Both the position numbers and the translations under genes were made by a program. DNA of 64,000 bases from Lytechinus pictus (Eukaryota), in assembly GCF_037042905.1 (NCBI RefSeq), contig NC_087245.1, forward strand, positions 39,124,001-39,188,000, in the 5' to 3' direction. The notes under the pieces were generated by a model. The model did not search any database and had not been told where the DNA came from. It worked only from the letters and a program-made list of their open reading frames with translations. Every line of letters starts with the position of its first letter. Position 1 is the first letter of the stretch. This document shows, piece by piece, positions 13,079 to 26,807 of the stretch.

Positions 13079-13636
13079 TTAAAAAAAAGGCCTTCCTGAA
13101 AAAGTCGTGCACAGAACATGTTTCTCATAAACATAAAATATGAGCGCGAACTTCTTTCAAACATCAAGGACGAAAAGACCTAAGTATTTTTCGTAAAAAT
13201 GAATAGCGTGCACAATCTTCTTAATTAAAGTATTAAAAGCATGAAGAGCGAAATGAACCAATAATTTTAACAAATTGACCTAGCTGAAACACTGATATCT
13301 TCCCGTCTGTAAATTTCTTCACTCTTTTTCTTCTTTTCCACTCTTCTTTGCATTTATTCCATTTTTCCTTTTTACGCAGCCAATAGGGCGTAGAGATCGC
13401 ATTCGGCCTCCTGGAATTGCCCATTTACATTTTCTTTTTTAGTCTATATTTTAATTGGTACAAGAGGAGGCAAAGGCGATTAGACACTGGATTCACAAGT
13501 TCGTCCAAAAATTAAAACTGATATTTCTAATCTTACACATTCACAATCTTGGCCAATTATTTTCTGTTCATTATCGCGATTTTTTTTCCTACTTGATTCT
13601 ATTTCACCTCATTTCATTCATCTCCTTTGTTTATCC

Positions 13637-13740
13637 AGGGGCCGCGGAACGGTTTTCAAAGGGGGGGGGGGGGCTGAGCCAAAAGTGGGGGGGGGGGGCT
13701 GAAGCCCCCCAGCCCCCCCCCCCCGGTTCCGCGGCCCCTG
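13637..13740. mobile_element. Short palindromic MITE (mirror copy at 33026-33133)
   Basis: TIR CAGGGGCCGCGGAACC/G ... GTTCCGCGGCCCCTG around poly-G/poly-C tracts. Confidence 0.7.
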
Positions 13741-16689
13741 TAATTCCTATTTCTTTTGTGCTGTTTGTATATCTCTTTAATACTGGGAGGGATAATCCAG
13801 CAGCAGGGAGAGGAGGGCCGTATTAGCACGACATTCCCCCTTTGTTTTTCTTTTCCACCATATCATTTTTTAAGTTTCCCTTTCCATTTTACTTATATTT
13901 CTTCTGTTTGTACTTTTTTTAAAGGGGTAAGCAAGACCACCTCGCCCCTTGGTCTGCATGTGCCTGTCGAATGCAATTTGCATCCTAACTTCCCGTTTTC
14001 TTCCTCTTTTGTAATATATGTATTAATTTGTGGAAAAAACTATTAGAAAGTAATGTTATAAAGGGAGCCTCGACTTTGCTATTAACATATGCAGTGTTTT
14101 TAAAGTTACCTTAGATCCGAGATAATTTATTGTCATGTATAAAATGCACAAAATCTGCTTTCAAAAAGTGAATACTATTACACCGACAAACACAATTGTT
14201 TTTAGCCTACATATTTCAACAATCAAATAATGTGAGCGCAAAGCGCGAGCTGAATATTTCTTACATTCCCAGCTATATACAGGGCATTCTAAGCACCTTT
14301 TAAAATCACGAACAGGATAGGGGTATGACTATACACTTGATGTGATCGCGAAGCGCGAGCCGAAACGAAATTCGACATCTCACGTTTTGTAAATCATGAA
14401 AAGGATGGATAAGTGGATAAATGGATAACATTCCTACATTAATAATTTGATAATCTGATCTGAAACTGGAACAAGATTCGTATCTAAATAAATATGCGTG
14501 CGTGTGTTTAGATTCAAACCTAGAATCTGGACATTCTAATTACATTCTTTATCATAATATCAATAATAAGAGCGCGATCCGCGAGCTAAAGATATTTGAT
14601 TTTCCGATCCCCCCAAAAAAGTTAATTTAAGCGCAATTACGAATTGGATATGGATTCTGCTTAATAAATGATGCGAGTCAAAGCGCAAGTTGATATTTTT
14701 ATCAATACATATATTTCCAGTTGCGACCGGGAAATTTTAAGGAAATTTTTGGTTTTGTCGAGAGATGAAACTTGTCGATATTCCGTTCTGAAAAAAAAAC
14801 CGGACAATGATTATTAGGAAATAATGAAAATATTATTATCTTACTTATTAATCTAATAAGCCCAATGAGGTCGCGAAATTAATATCAAGGTAAAAAAACT
14901 GGATATTTTGTAATCATGAAAAGGATGCATGGGTTAATATACTTTAAAGAATACTTTAAAAATAATGCGAGCGCAAATTGCAAGCCGAAAATTTTGATAA
15001 ACTGTCAAGAAAGAGGAATTTAAAATAATTTGTTACAATTGATATAGGTATACATTACTCCCCAATGAAAATGCAAGTGCGCAGCTTTAGCTGATACTAT
15101 TCAGAATCAGATAAGCCTAAAAATGGATATTTTTCAAAAAAATATGGAATACACGAAGAGAATAGTTACTTGACGAATTAAATAATGCTAGCGCGCAGCG
15201 CGAGCGGAAAATGTCGATATTTAGACCATAAAATATAAAATATATTTGTAAATCAAACAAATTGAAAACTCAGTGTCCGAGAAATATTTCATATATTTAC
15301 TTCAAAACTTGATATTTTAAGCTCAATGTAAGCCTATTGAGCAAGTTATGTATATCATAGATTAGGCAATGTGAGCACAAAGCGAGCGAAAATTTAAAAT
15401 AGTGACATGAAATCCCCCCCCCCTCATCTTATTTTATTCACTCGTCTTACTCCTCTTTTTTCCCCTCTTCATTTTCTATTCTCTTTTCTCTTCTTTTTCC
15501 TCTCTTTCCATTTTTTCTTGTTTGCTCGTTCCAAAAAGTGGGGGGGGGGGGGCATTTGATATCAAATTCCAAAAAGTGAGGGGGAAGCGTCTCCCTGTCC
15601 CCCAGGGATTTCCACCAATGTATGCAATTTGATTTGAAATAAAAGAAAACCCTACATCGTCTTTGTAGTCGATTTTTTTTTTTTAATAGCGTACTTTCAT
15701 GACGAATTACTTCATTCTCGCCTGCTCCTAAATCGGATTTAATAAGAAAATCAATGTTTCTTTAAAAAAAACCGCACCCCAAACCCCAAATAACACCCCT
15801 AAATTCATTTAAAAAAAATATATGAACGATAATTTTCTTGGAGTATTCGCAATTTTTCCGAAAATTATTCTTATTGTCCTCGTCCTTAAATTTACCACTC
15901 GTGACGTTGTCCTAAATGTCTCCGGTTCTGTCCTAATACGATCTGCATGCTGTCCGCGCCGAACGCCGACAAATTGATTTAGATAATCTTGTCCCAGGAC
16001 AGTTCCAGGAATGTCCTACGACAATACGCAGACAGTCCTGGTCGTGTCCTAGGACAAGATCATTTGCATAATCTTTTACGGAATTTGGTTGCGGACAGCA
16101 TGCCGAAATGACAAAAGTAGCTTCCGCAACCCTTCCTAGTCTTGTCCGCGCCCTAGTGGAAAACCGCCTTAAAAAAACAAGCTGTGTGTCTCGAACAATT
16201 AAATGTGAGCGCGAAGCACGAGCTTAATTTTTTTGTATATTGACATGATAAAGGAGCATTTTGACAAATTTTGGAAAGAATTTCCAAAGAGGATAGGTAT
16301 CTCACAAATCAAACAATGCGAGTGCGCAGCGCGAGCTGGAAACTTTTATATAACAATTTGTGTAAATCAAACAAAATAATGAAAGCTTGAGGTGCGAGCT
16401 AAAACATTGTGTGCAAATTGATTTCAGAACTGGATATATGAAATGTCATTTAATTCTCTTGAATGGGAATCATTACAAAGGCAATGCGAGCGCGAAGCGC
16501 GAGCCACTTCCATTCACGAGTGGATACCATGCGCGACCATGGGGTCTCGAAAAGCACCCTAAACACGTAATTTCCATATTCTGAAAATGCGCCCCTTAAC
16601 AAGTATTGGCGCGTGAAACCCTACCCTTAACAAGAATTGGTAACAAAACGATACTCTTGGCAAATGTTCCCTGAAATGAACCCCTAAAC

Positions 16690-18228
16690 AAGTACAGGAA
16701 TGTTTTATTGTTACGGGTCCTTCGGTCGTCGGCTTTGCCTTATTTGGTTTAGTACGACCCCACCTTCTACACCTCGCGCAAATCGTGACTCTAAATACGA
16801 AGTGTTGGGGCAAAAAGGACATCCTTTATAAAACATTTTAATTTTGTTTTATCATCCCCGCGAATTCGACCCTAAACACGTAATTTTCCTAGCGAAATAG
16901 ATACCCTTTTTTCATTATTTTTGTGTTTTTGACACCCTTATCACGTTACGTACATAACGTGCCCTATCGTGAAAAAGACATCCTTTTTACGTGTTTTTTT
17001 TTGGTCGCGCATGGTATATCCACTCGTCAATGTAAGTGCCCCCCCCCCCCCCGCGGGGTTCAAACAAGGACAGAAAATGAGCTATGCCTATATTATACGA
17101 ATCGCTTCATATTTATCCTCCTAAACATTCAGAATCCATGTCATATTCATCATAATCTCTAGATTTATAGAGAAAAAAACAGCAAAAATATTGCTCTACA
17201 ATTCTAAAAAGAAGGGTATATACATGTATATATTATTTTAATTATACGAACCAAAAGTCCAGTTTTCTGTCTTATAATTTACTGTGAAAATCACAAGAAT
17301 TTGATTTAAAAAAAAATAGGTAGGCCTGTACAATTTTATTTTTAATTAAAAAAGAAACAAAAATAGAATGGACAAGAAAGGAAGAATATAAAAGAGAAAA
17401 GAAAAATATATTTAAAAAAAAAAGAAGAAAAGAAAGGAGAAAAACAACGTAAAGGAAAACAAGTACAGGAATGTTTTATTGTTACGGGTCCTTCGGTCGT
17501 CGGCTTTACCTTATTTGGTTTAGTACGACCCCACCTTCTACACCTCGCGCAAATCGTGACTCTAAATACGAAGTGTTGGGGCAAAAAGGACATCCTTTAT
17601 AAAACATTTTAATTTTGTTTTATCATCCCCGCGAATTCGACCCTAAACACGTAATTTTCCTAGCGAAATAGATACCCTTTTTTCATTATTTTTGTGTTTT
17701 TGACACCCTTATCACGTTACGTACATAACGTGCCCTATCGTGAAAAAGACATCCTTTTTACGTGTTTTTTTTTTGGTCGCGCATGGTATCCACTCGTCAA
17801 TGTAAGTGCCCCCCCCCCCCCCCGCGGGGTTCAAACAAGGACAGAAAATGAGCTATGCCTATATTATACGAATCGCTTCATATTTATCCTCCTAAACATT
17901 CAGAATCCATGTCATATTCATCATAATCTCTAGATTTATAGAGAAAAAACAGCACAAATATTGCTCTACAATTCTAAAAAGAAGGGTATATACATGTATA
18001 TATTATTTTAATTATACGAACCAAAAGTCCAGTTCTCTGTCTTATAATTTACTGTGAAAATCACAAGAATTTGATTTAAAAAAAAATAGGTAGGCCTGTA
18101 CAATTTTTCTTTTAATTAAAAAAGAAACAAAAATAGAATGGACAAGAAAGGAAGAATATAAAAGAGAAAAGAAAAATATATTAAAAAAAAAGAAGAAAAG
18201 AAAGGAGAAAAACAACGTAAAGGAAAAG
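16690..18228. repeat. ~770-bp tandem repeat, 2 copies (partial MITE plus flank)
   Basis: AAGTACAGGAATGTTTTATTG at 16690 and 17461. Duplicated ORFs 16923/17694 are 771 bp apart. The MITE part matches 62198-62761. Confidence 0.9.
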
Positions 18229-18509
18229 GAAAAGTGTTTAAACAAGGACAAAAAAATGAGCTATATGCCTGTATTGTCTTGAAAATGATTTTTTTTAAAT
18301 AAGATTACTGAGACACGTACTGCACTGGGCCATGTTAAACCAAGAAAAGAATATAAACCAACAAAATTCTACTTTTAGTTAACGACAGATCGACCGACTG
18401 AAATGTGGATGAAAATATTTTCTGATTCTCCCTTCTTTTCACCCTTTTCGCGAAAGGTGCATGGATCCTCCCCTGTATAACATACCCCCACGACTCTCCC
18501 TCCTTCCAC

Positions 18510-19965
18510 CAACCGCGTAGCCAGGATTTAATTTTGGAGAGGGCGGTAATCGCACGCGAAGCGTGCTAACACTTACAGAGCGCGCGAAGCGCGCTCCCTA
18601 GGGGGTGGGTGGAGGGAGGGGGAGTTTCCCCCTCCCGCGCGAAGCGCGAAGCTTTTGGTGTTTCATAAATCAAAATGAAAAGGAGCCGTCTCTCTTGTCT
18701 CTAGTACCTATATCACCTCCAATTCAGTTGACAATATTGTGATTTTGAACCCTTTTTCCATGAACCTTGTTTTCAAAAGTAATTGTGAGCGAACGCATAA
18801 AAAGGGAATACAATGGAGGAAATTAAAATAATAACCCCGCGCGAAGCGCGGAAGCTAAAGCGTTTTTTCAATTTTTTTTCTGCCATGAAAAGGGTCCCGA
18901 TAAAAGGGTATTTTCAAAGATATATTGAATTCTTCCCTTGGAAAGATCAGATTTGATTACAAACAATTTAGCGACAGTGTATAACTCGCAAAACAGAGGA
19001 GAAGAAGTGTATATGCCGGGAGGAAGATATTCCTCCCCGCGCAGAGCAATGAAACTCTGAAGTTTCAAAGGGCGGACGTTTCATCAAATGCAGATATCTC
19101 TAATACCCCATCGGATCTAATTCGATTGATTTTCTAAGATTATTGAACTTCATTACAAGAAAATAGTGCGCAAAAAGTTGAAACTTCTGTGATTCATTGA
19201 AATTATATAAAAAAAGGATGCCTAATTTCTTTGACTTATCCTGAAGCGCTTCATTTTGAATTATAAAGAACCCTAAGTGTCATTCAAAATTTCAAACTGA
19301 GTGCGCAAAACAGGACAGGAGATGAATGTGCAGGGAAATGACATGAAGTTTAATAGAATTTGATAATAAATATTGTACTTTTTTATCTAATACGACACGA
19401 ATTTTATACCTTCCTCTTTTTAAATTAGGAACCTGTTTGCCCCAAAATAAAAAAAATAGTAATGAGCTGAAAAGCAGGAGAAGTTGACTTTATGGAAGTG
19501 ACGGCAGAAATTGATATAAAGATTTTACCCGCCCCAAGGCCGACCCGTCCAGAAGTTGCGCAATCAATTAAAAAAAAAGATAACTTCATATACTTCGGCC
19601 TAACCTTACTCTAATTATATGCCCTAATGTATACATTTGAACTTTAACTGGCAAGAAACACATATAGCTGAGGTGGAAAAACAGGGTTAATTAGAGAAAG
19701 GGTGGGGGAAACAATGGAGAACTTCAATATTATAATTTAACCGCGCGCCGCGCGGAAGCAAAATTCATATATAAATTTAGAGCAAGAGAGAAGGAGTTTC
19801 TCTTTTGAGAAAAAAAAATAAAGAAAAAAAAAACACAAAGCTACCTTTCTTCCCTTTCCTCCCTTCCCTTTTCCTTTTCTCCCCTCTTTTTCCCTTCTTT
19901 TTTTTTTCTTTTTGGGGACGTTTTTGGGGGGCGACCGCCCCCACCGCCCCCCCTGGCTACGCGCC
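18510..19965. mobile_element. ~1.45-kb TIR-bounded segment present only in copy 1
   Basis: CGCGTAGCCAGG (18514-18525) / CCTGGCTACGCG (19952-19963). The equivalent site in copy 2 (~26510-26525) is an uninterrupted poly-G run. Confidence 0.7.
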
Positions 19966-20039
19966 CCCCCCCTTTGGCGAAAGCTGGACTCCTCCCCTGT
20001 ACCCCCTCCCCCGTATCCACAAACATTATCCCAGCTGCC

Positions 20040-20372
20040 CGTATCCTCGTATCCACGTATCCGCGTATCTTCGTATCCATGTATCCAGTTATCAGTACGG
20101 TAGTAGTATCCACGTATCCGCGTATCCACGTATCCTCGTATCCATGTATCCAGTTATCAGTACGGTAGTAGTATCCACGTATCCGCGTATCCACGTATCT
20201 TCGTATCCATGTATCCATTTATCAGTACGGTAGTAGTATCCACGTATCCGCGTATCCACGTATCTTCGTATCCATGTATCCATTTATCAGTACGGTAGTA
20301 GTATCCACGTATCCCAGTATCCACGTATCCTCGTATCCATGTGTATCCACGTATCTTAGTATCCATGTATCC
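20040..20372 (-). repeat. Inner subterminal GGATAC array with a 65-bp higher-order unit (4 units)
   Basis: ATCAGTACGGTAGTAGTATCC at 20091, 20156, 20221 and 20286. Confidence 0.9.
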
Positions 20373-22910
20373 GCTTTTATCTCAAAAACGTAATTTCTAA
20401 AAGAGTTAACAAGTACCGGTACGTCGTATCCGTTGTTTTCTCGTTTTAAAATCTAGAGATTTTTGTAATCGATTCATGACATTGGATCTTTATTTGTCTT
20501 TTTCTGCCCTCTCTTCCTCCCATTTTCCCTCCTTTTTTCTGCCTCTCTCTCTTTCTCCCTTATGAGCAAATGAAGATAAGAAAAATTACAGAAAATGTGT
20601 GGTCCCACATGTTGTTTCCTGTGTTATACACCGATTTGAAAGCATCGCAGTCGCAAGTTTCGCAGCAGTCCAATAAATGCGCTCAACCCGGATATTTTGC
20701 CCCTGTGCAATTCGAATTACTTTATCACGAAATTCTGATGACCACATTAAAGTTGCGCGCATGAGAATTGCGTACTGTACAATACTAAATGGCTTCCCGC
20801 GACCCCGAGAGCTTCCGTTGCTGCAAACATTTTAACCTTTAGGCTTTACCCGAAGCTGAACTTCTAACTTCTTTTCTTCTGTTTTAATTTTTGGCTATTA
20901 AGTTTTTCATTTCATACAAATGGTTCGCCCTGACCTGACCACAATCCCCATAAGTGCAAAAAAAAACCCCAACAACTTACGATTTTGTAAATTCACCGGC
21001 GCCGCTACCAGCTCGAGAATCCCAATTCGATGAGGCCGCGCGAAGCGGCAATCGCATTATCGATATCGCAAGGCAATGTCTAAAATTCATGCCAATTCAT
21101 GTCAGTACAAAAAATTGTAAATTCTTCATATAAAGGCGAATGATTGCCGAATCAACAAATGCATTTCGATTTTTTTCCGGAGGCTAATTACAGCGGAAAT
21201 AATCGATGTCCCGACCATGCGGTCCCGATATCCCCTTACCCCTGCCACACCCCCACCCGTCCCTTCCCCCTTTATACCGCAGCCACTCCCCGAGCAACTC
21301 AGAATCCTTGGCGATGCTGCAATTACACGAATTCCTGCCAGAACAAGTGTATGTAAATTTAAAAAGAAGAGGAAAAACAAAAGGAGAAGACCAAGAATCC
21401 CCCCCCCAAAAAAAAAATAAAATAAATAAAGGATTTATACGATCACCCTAAATATCACAGCTTACATATAGTTATTTTAGAAGGGATTTAGACAATATGA
21501 GCCCCAGCCTATGATTGTTAGAACAATTTACAGAGAATTTATTTTGAAGAGTTTTACATTCATGAACGGTAATGCATTTTGTAATTGGGTTTGAAAAATA
21601 CAAAGTGGGGTGTAAAAATAAACAATTAAGTCTATAAGACTGGCGCAACCCGGGATGGCAACATAATTATAAGCTTCAAGAATGCAAACAGATCCTGAAC
21701 TGAAACGTACTGAAACCCAACGCAAAGTAAAAATAACAGTCTATATACAAAATATCGCATATCTGGAGAAATAATGTGCACATGCACCAGGAAGAAAAAA
21801 CATGCCTTTCGACACAAATCGAGGAGTAAGCATTATTATATTAGCGAACAGTATGCATAGATTATTTAGGAAGAAAAAAAATATCTGCTTGGGATGCTTC
21901 GGGCTGAAAATATCTATATCTAAATAAATGAAGTAAAATTCACAAAGCAAATTGCTGAAAATTTGATCAAAAATGAATAAACCTAATTTCCTTTAATAAA
22001 ATACAAAAGAATAAGTTGGGATATGACATCATCAATTTGCTCATTGAATATTCATGATGACATGCCTAGAACTGTTTCTCCGGAATAATGCAAATCTTTA
22101 AAATGCCATAACTTTGTTATTCCTTGTCCGATTTTGATCAAATTTTTAAGTTTTGTTTAATTTTTCTCTATCTGTTTACATCATATTATTTTCAGCCCGG
22201 AGCATCCCTTCAAATGGACCCATTTCATACTAACTTGTCGTAATAACATTTGCAATAACAGTTGAAAACTATAATTTGTTATTATAACAATTCTCTATTT
22301 TTATTGGCTCCTGGTGATGACTCATTAATTGTTTGTTTGCAGGAGCGGGTGATCCAACGAAATATATTTGTTTAATTATACTGAATGAACAATAAAAAGA
22401 TTGTCATTTTTTCTGAGAAAATGGCATTTCATTGATAAAAAAAAACATATCACGATATGAAGGAAAGCTGCTTGCATAATTATGTCGTAAAATTGAGAAA
22501 TAAGCATTATTGAAATATCAATGACATCAATTTGTATCGTAAATATATGTTTAAAATGTATGAAAATGATATTCATGTCATTTCTGTTGGAAATAAAACT
22601 GAATCTGAAAAAAATATAATAATTATTTTATAATCTTTGATGGATTTGCCTCAAAGCTTCACCAATATCTTTTAATTATTTTTTCAAAAATTACATCCAT
22701 TTTTTTTAGTGAACCTCCTCTTTAAGTCTTTATCACAATGATTGTAGGCATATGTTAGGATTCTCTCAAAATTATTGATTTTTGTCACATCTAGATTCTA
22801 ACTGTAAATTAAGTGATTTGTTTCGAATTGATTTTGAAAAAGCCTTCAGTCCCGTCGGTATATTTCATTATTAGGTCACCGGGATTGGTCCAGTTTTTAT
22901 ACAAACTGTA

Positions 22911-23339
22911 AAGGGGAAGTTCACTCTGACAAAAAGTTTATTGAAAAAAGGTAAGAGGAAAATCCATCAAAGAATAAAGTTATCAAAATTTCAATTATTT
23001 GATTTGTGACGTCATATGCGAGCAGGTTTTTTTTTTTAAACATATCGTATTGCAAAAATCAATGAAAAATCATTTTCTCAGAAAGTTGAAAATGGTATTT
23101 ATTGTACCTTCAGTACGTTATTATATACACAAACCATTTCACACCCTCTCCTAAAAAGAATATGTCATCACGAACCATTAAAAATGCAATTTATGCATTT
23201 TACATTATGGGGCAGCTGCTCGTTTATGACGTCACAAATTAAAATCTTGAAATTCTGAAACTTTCTTAATCTTTAAATGGATTTTCTTCAAACCTTCACC
23301 AATATTTTTTTAATACTATTTTCTGGGTGAACTTCCCCT
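22911..23339. mobile_element. Kolobok-type MITE (related partial copies ~22330-22725 and ~63025-63500)
   Basis: AGGGGAAGTTCAC ... GTGAACTTCCCCT-TTAA termini. Confidence 0.7.
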
Positions 23340-24070
23340 TTAAGAAAGTTTGATATTAGTTCACCCAGGGGCAGCGATCCTAGGGGCGGCACAGTTTACA
23401 TCTAGAAAAAAATTTATAGGCCAAAACCCATTTGGATTCATATATTCCTAGGGACGAGCCATTAGATACCCAGGAAGGGCCTGGAAGTTTGGGTTAATGC
23501 AATTTTATCACTTCTTCTTTACATGTCATGGAGCTGCTATTAGCTCCATGATCTTTTTTCCTTATTCCATTTAGATCATTTATTTTTTGCCCCCTTAGGG
23601 CCTATAGTTTCAGATGATTTGTCAGTGGAAGGTTTATTGTGTTATTGCTCATACTATTAGGCCCTACTGGTTACAGATCTAGGCTACCGTACTACTACTA
23701 AGTTAGGCCTAGATCTTTAAAACTATACCGGTACTAGTAGCAATTAATTTCTTTTATGGGGGGGGGGGGGGGACTCAGTTCTACTTCTAGCCCCCCCCCC
23801 CCCTTCAATCAATGATGCGTCGCTTAATAATACTAGTCGCCTGGAGGTGGCCAAGTAATTCTATCTTTTTAGCAGTGACGTTTTAATTTTAAGTTAAACA
23901 CCTAGATGGGGTGAATCTTAACCCATTCTCCCTTTCTTTTTTTTTTAAGAGAGAAAATCTTGTCTAACGTTAAGATTATAAGAAGATGGTAGTCTACTTT
24001 AGTACTGCACGGTCTGCCCTTGCCTAGGCCTACGTTTTTAAACATAATATAACAAGAGAAAATCATTGTG

Positions 24071-24104
24071 TCTTTCTTGATTTTTGGTGGCTCTAAAAAG
24101 AGCC
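24071..24104 (-). terminator. H4 histone mRNA 3' stem-loop and histone downstream element
   Basis: Minus strand GGCTCTTTTTAGAGCC (24089-24104) + ACCA, then CAAGAAAGA (24071-24079). Confidence 0.95.
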
Positions 24105-24133
24105 GTTTTGATGGTGATGGTAAGTGATCCTTC

Positions 24134-24457
<324 letters not shown>

Positions 24458-25264
24458 TCAGAAGTAATTCTGTACCGATATTGGGATTTCGCGAGTATCT
24501 ATAACATACATGCGGACGTAGGTGTACTAAACAATTTTAATTTTGAAAAAGTGAGCCACCTACGACAGGGAATGGTTATCCAGAAATATTCGGATACGAA
24601 ATTTGCATACACCTTTTTCAACAATTTTCCTATTTTCATCCAATGTTTTGATTTGAAAGAGTATTTTTTCATATGAAACACTGTAAGTAGTAATATTACA
24701 TTGCTTAGGGTATATTTTTAGGTATATACTGTGGATAAAAGGGATTTTGTGGGCATTTTTCTTCACCAAGATCTTCATGACGGATCGTCCGTTCCTTATG
24801 AATATTCATCAGTTCTCCAGACCCTCAAAATGTGAGGTCATGTGTTTGTATTCGCAGCATATTCGGATGAGAAAATAAAAATATTATCTTTTAGGAAATA
24901 GTTTTACATTTTTGTAGATTTTTCATAACCATTTTACTGGCATATGACGATATAATATTTAAACACACCAATATACCAACGACTGGAACGCCGGTTACAT
25001 AATGAATGATTCATTTTTACAATGGCCGCCAAGCGGTTACTGTATTCATCCAACGCTCATGCTCTTTCTCTCAAAACGGGATATCTATCAGACATTTATT
25101 AATAAAACATTAGTATTACATGACAAAATACTATTTGGCAGTGAAATAAGGTAACTAAAAGCGATGATATTTCGTAATGTAAAATTCTTTGATATTTTAA
25201 ACATTTAATAATGGCCGTACTAGGATCGAGAAATCATGAATATGTATTAGGGCGTTATAACTAT

Positions 25265-25814
<550 letters not shown>

Positions 25815-25838
25815 ATTGTCGGCTTGACATTATTAAAC

Positions 25839-25873
25839 GGCTCTTTTTAGAGCCACCATATTTCCAAGAAAGA
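25839..25873 (+). terminator. H3 histone mRNA 3' stem-loop and histone downstream element
   Basis: GGCTCTTTTTAGAGCC (25839-25854) + ACCA, then CAAGAAAGA (25865-25873). Confidence 0.95.
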
Positions 25874-26174
25874 ACAAACTGAACTCTAAACTTTTTATAT
25901 GTTATGAAATAAGAAAACAAAATCCCTCGGCCAGCGCCGCCCCACTCAATCTCACTATTCTCAGACTAGGTAGGACCACCACATTTTAGAAAGCTCTTTA
26001 TTTATTAATTTGTCAATAAAAAACACAGGCCTAGGCTAATCTGATCGGCTTACCTTTAGAATCCAATGTCATGAATCGATTACAAAAATCTCTAGATTTT
26101 AAAACGAGAAAACAACGGATACGACGTACCGGTACTTGTTAACTTTTTTAGAAATTACGTTTTTGAGATAAAAG

Positions 26175-26445
26175 CGGATACATGGATACTAAGATACGTG
26201 GATACACATGGATACGAGGATACGTGGATACTGGGATACGTGGATACTACTACCGTACTGATAAATGGATACATGGATACGAAGATACGTGGATACGCGG
26301 ATACGTGGATACTACTACCGTACTGATAACTGGATACATGGATACGAGGATACGTGGATACGCGGATACGTGGATACTACTACCGTACTGATAACTGGAT
26401 ACATGGATACGAAGATACGCGGATACGTGGATACGAGGATACGGG
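26175..26445 (+). repeat. Inner subterminal GGATAC array, 65-bp unit (3 units)
   Basis: GGATACTACTACCGTACTGATAA repeated three times at 65-bp spacing. Confidence 0.9.
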
Positions 26446-26807
26446 CAGCTGGGATAATGTTTGTGGATACGGGGGAGGGGGTACAGGGGAGTATCCAGCT
26501 TTCGCCAAAGGGGGGGGGGGGGGGGTGGAAGGAGGGAGAGTCGTGGGGGTATGTTATACAGGGGAGGATCCATGCACCTTTCGCGAAAAGGGGGAAAAGA
26601 AGGGAGAATCAGAAAATATTTTCATCCACATTTCAGTCGGTCGATCTGTCGTTAACTAAAAGTAGAATTTTGTTGGTTTATATTCTTTTCTTGGTTTAAC
26701 ATGGCCCAGTGCAGTATGTGTCTCAGTCATCTTATTTAAAAAAAAATCATTTTTAAGACAATACAGGCATATAGCTCATTTTTTTGTCCTTGTTTAAACA
26801 CTTTTCC

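Larger units (their letters stand above)
9312..20487 (+). mobile_element. ~11.2-kb non-autonomous TIR transposon, copy 1 (inner TIR truncated by 14 bp)
   Basis: 41-bp TIR GGAGTACCTTTAGAATCCAATGTCATGAATCGATTACAAAA at 9312-9352, and 27 bp of its reverse complement at 20461-20487. The body is the reverse complement of 26047-37167, with mirrored ORFs throughout the track. Confidence 0.85.

Noticed and set aside
10460..20040. Transposase or captured host exons inside the 11-kb element
   Set aside because: Only short AT-rich or repeat-derived ORFs were seen. A TBLASTN/HMM search would be needed to exclude degraded remnants.
20040..20372. Regularly spaced repeats resembling a CRISPR array
   Set aside because: The intervening sequences are themselves repeats, there are no cas genes, and the context is eukaryotic.
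20488..24060. H2A, H2B or H1 genes completing a histone quintet
   Set aside because: No such ORFs or additional stem-loops were found. The locus is an isolated H3/H4 pair.
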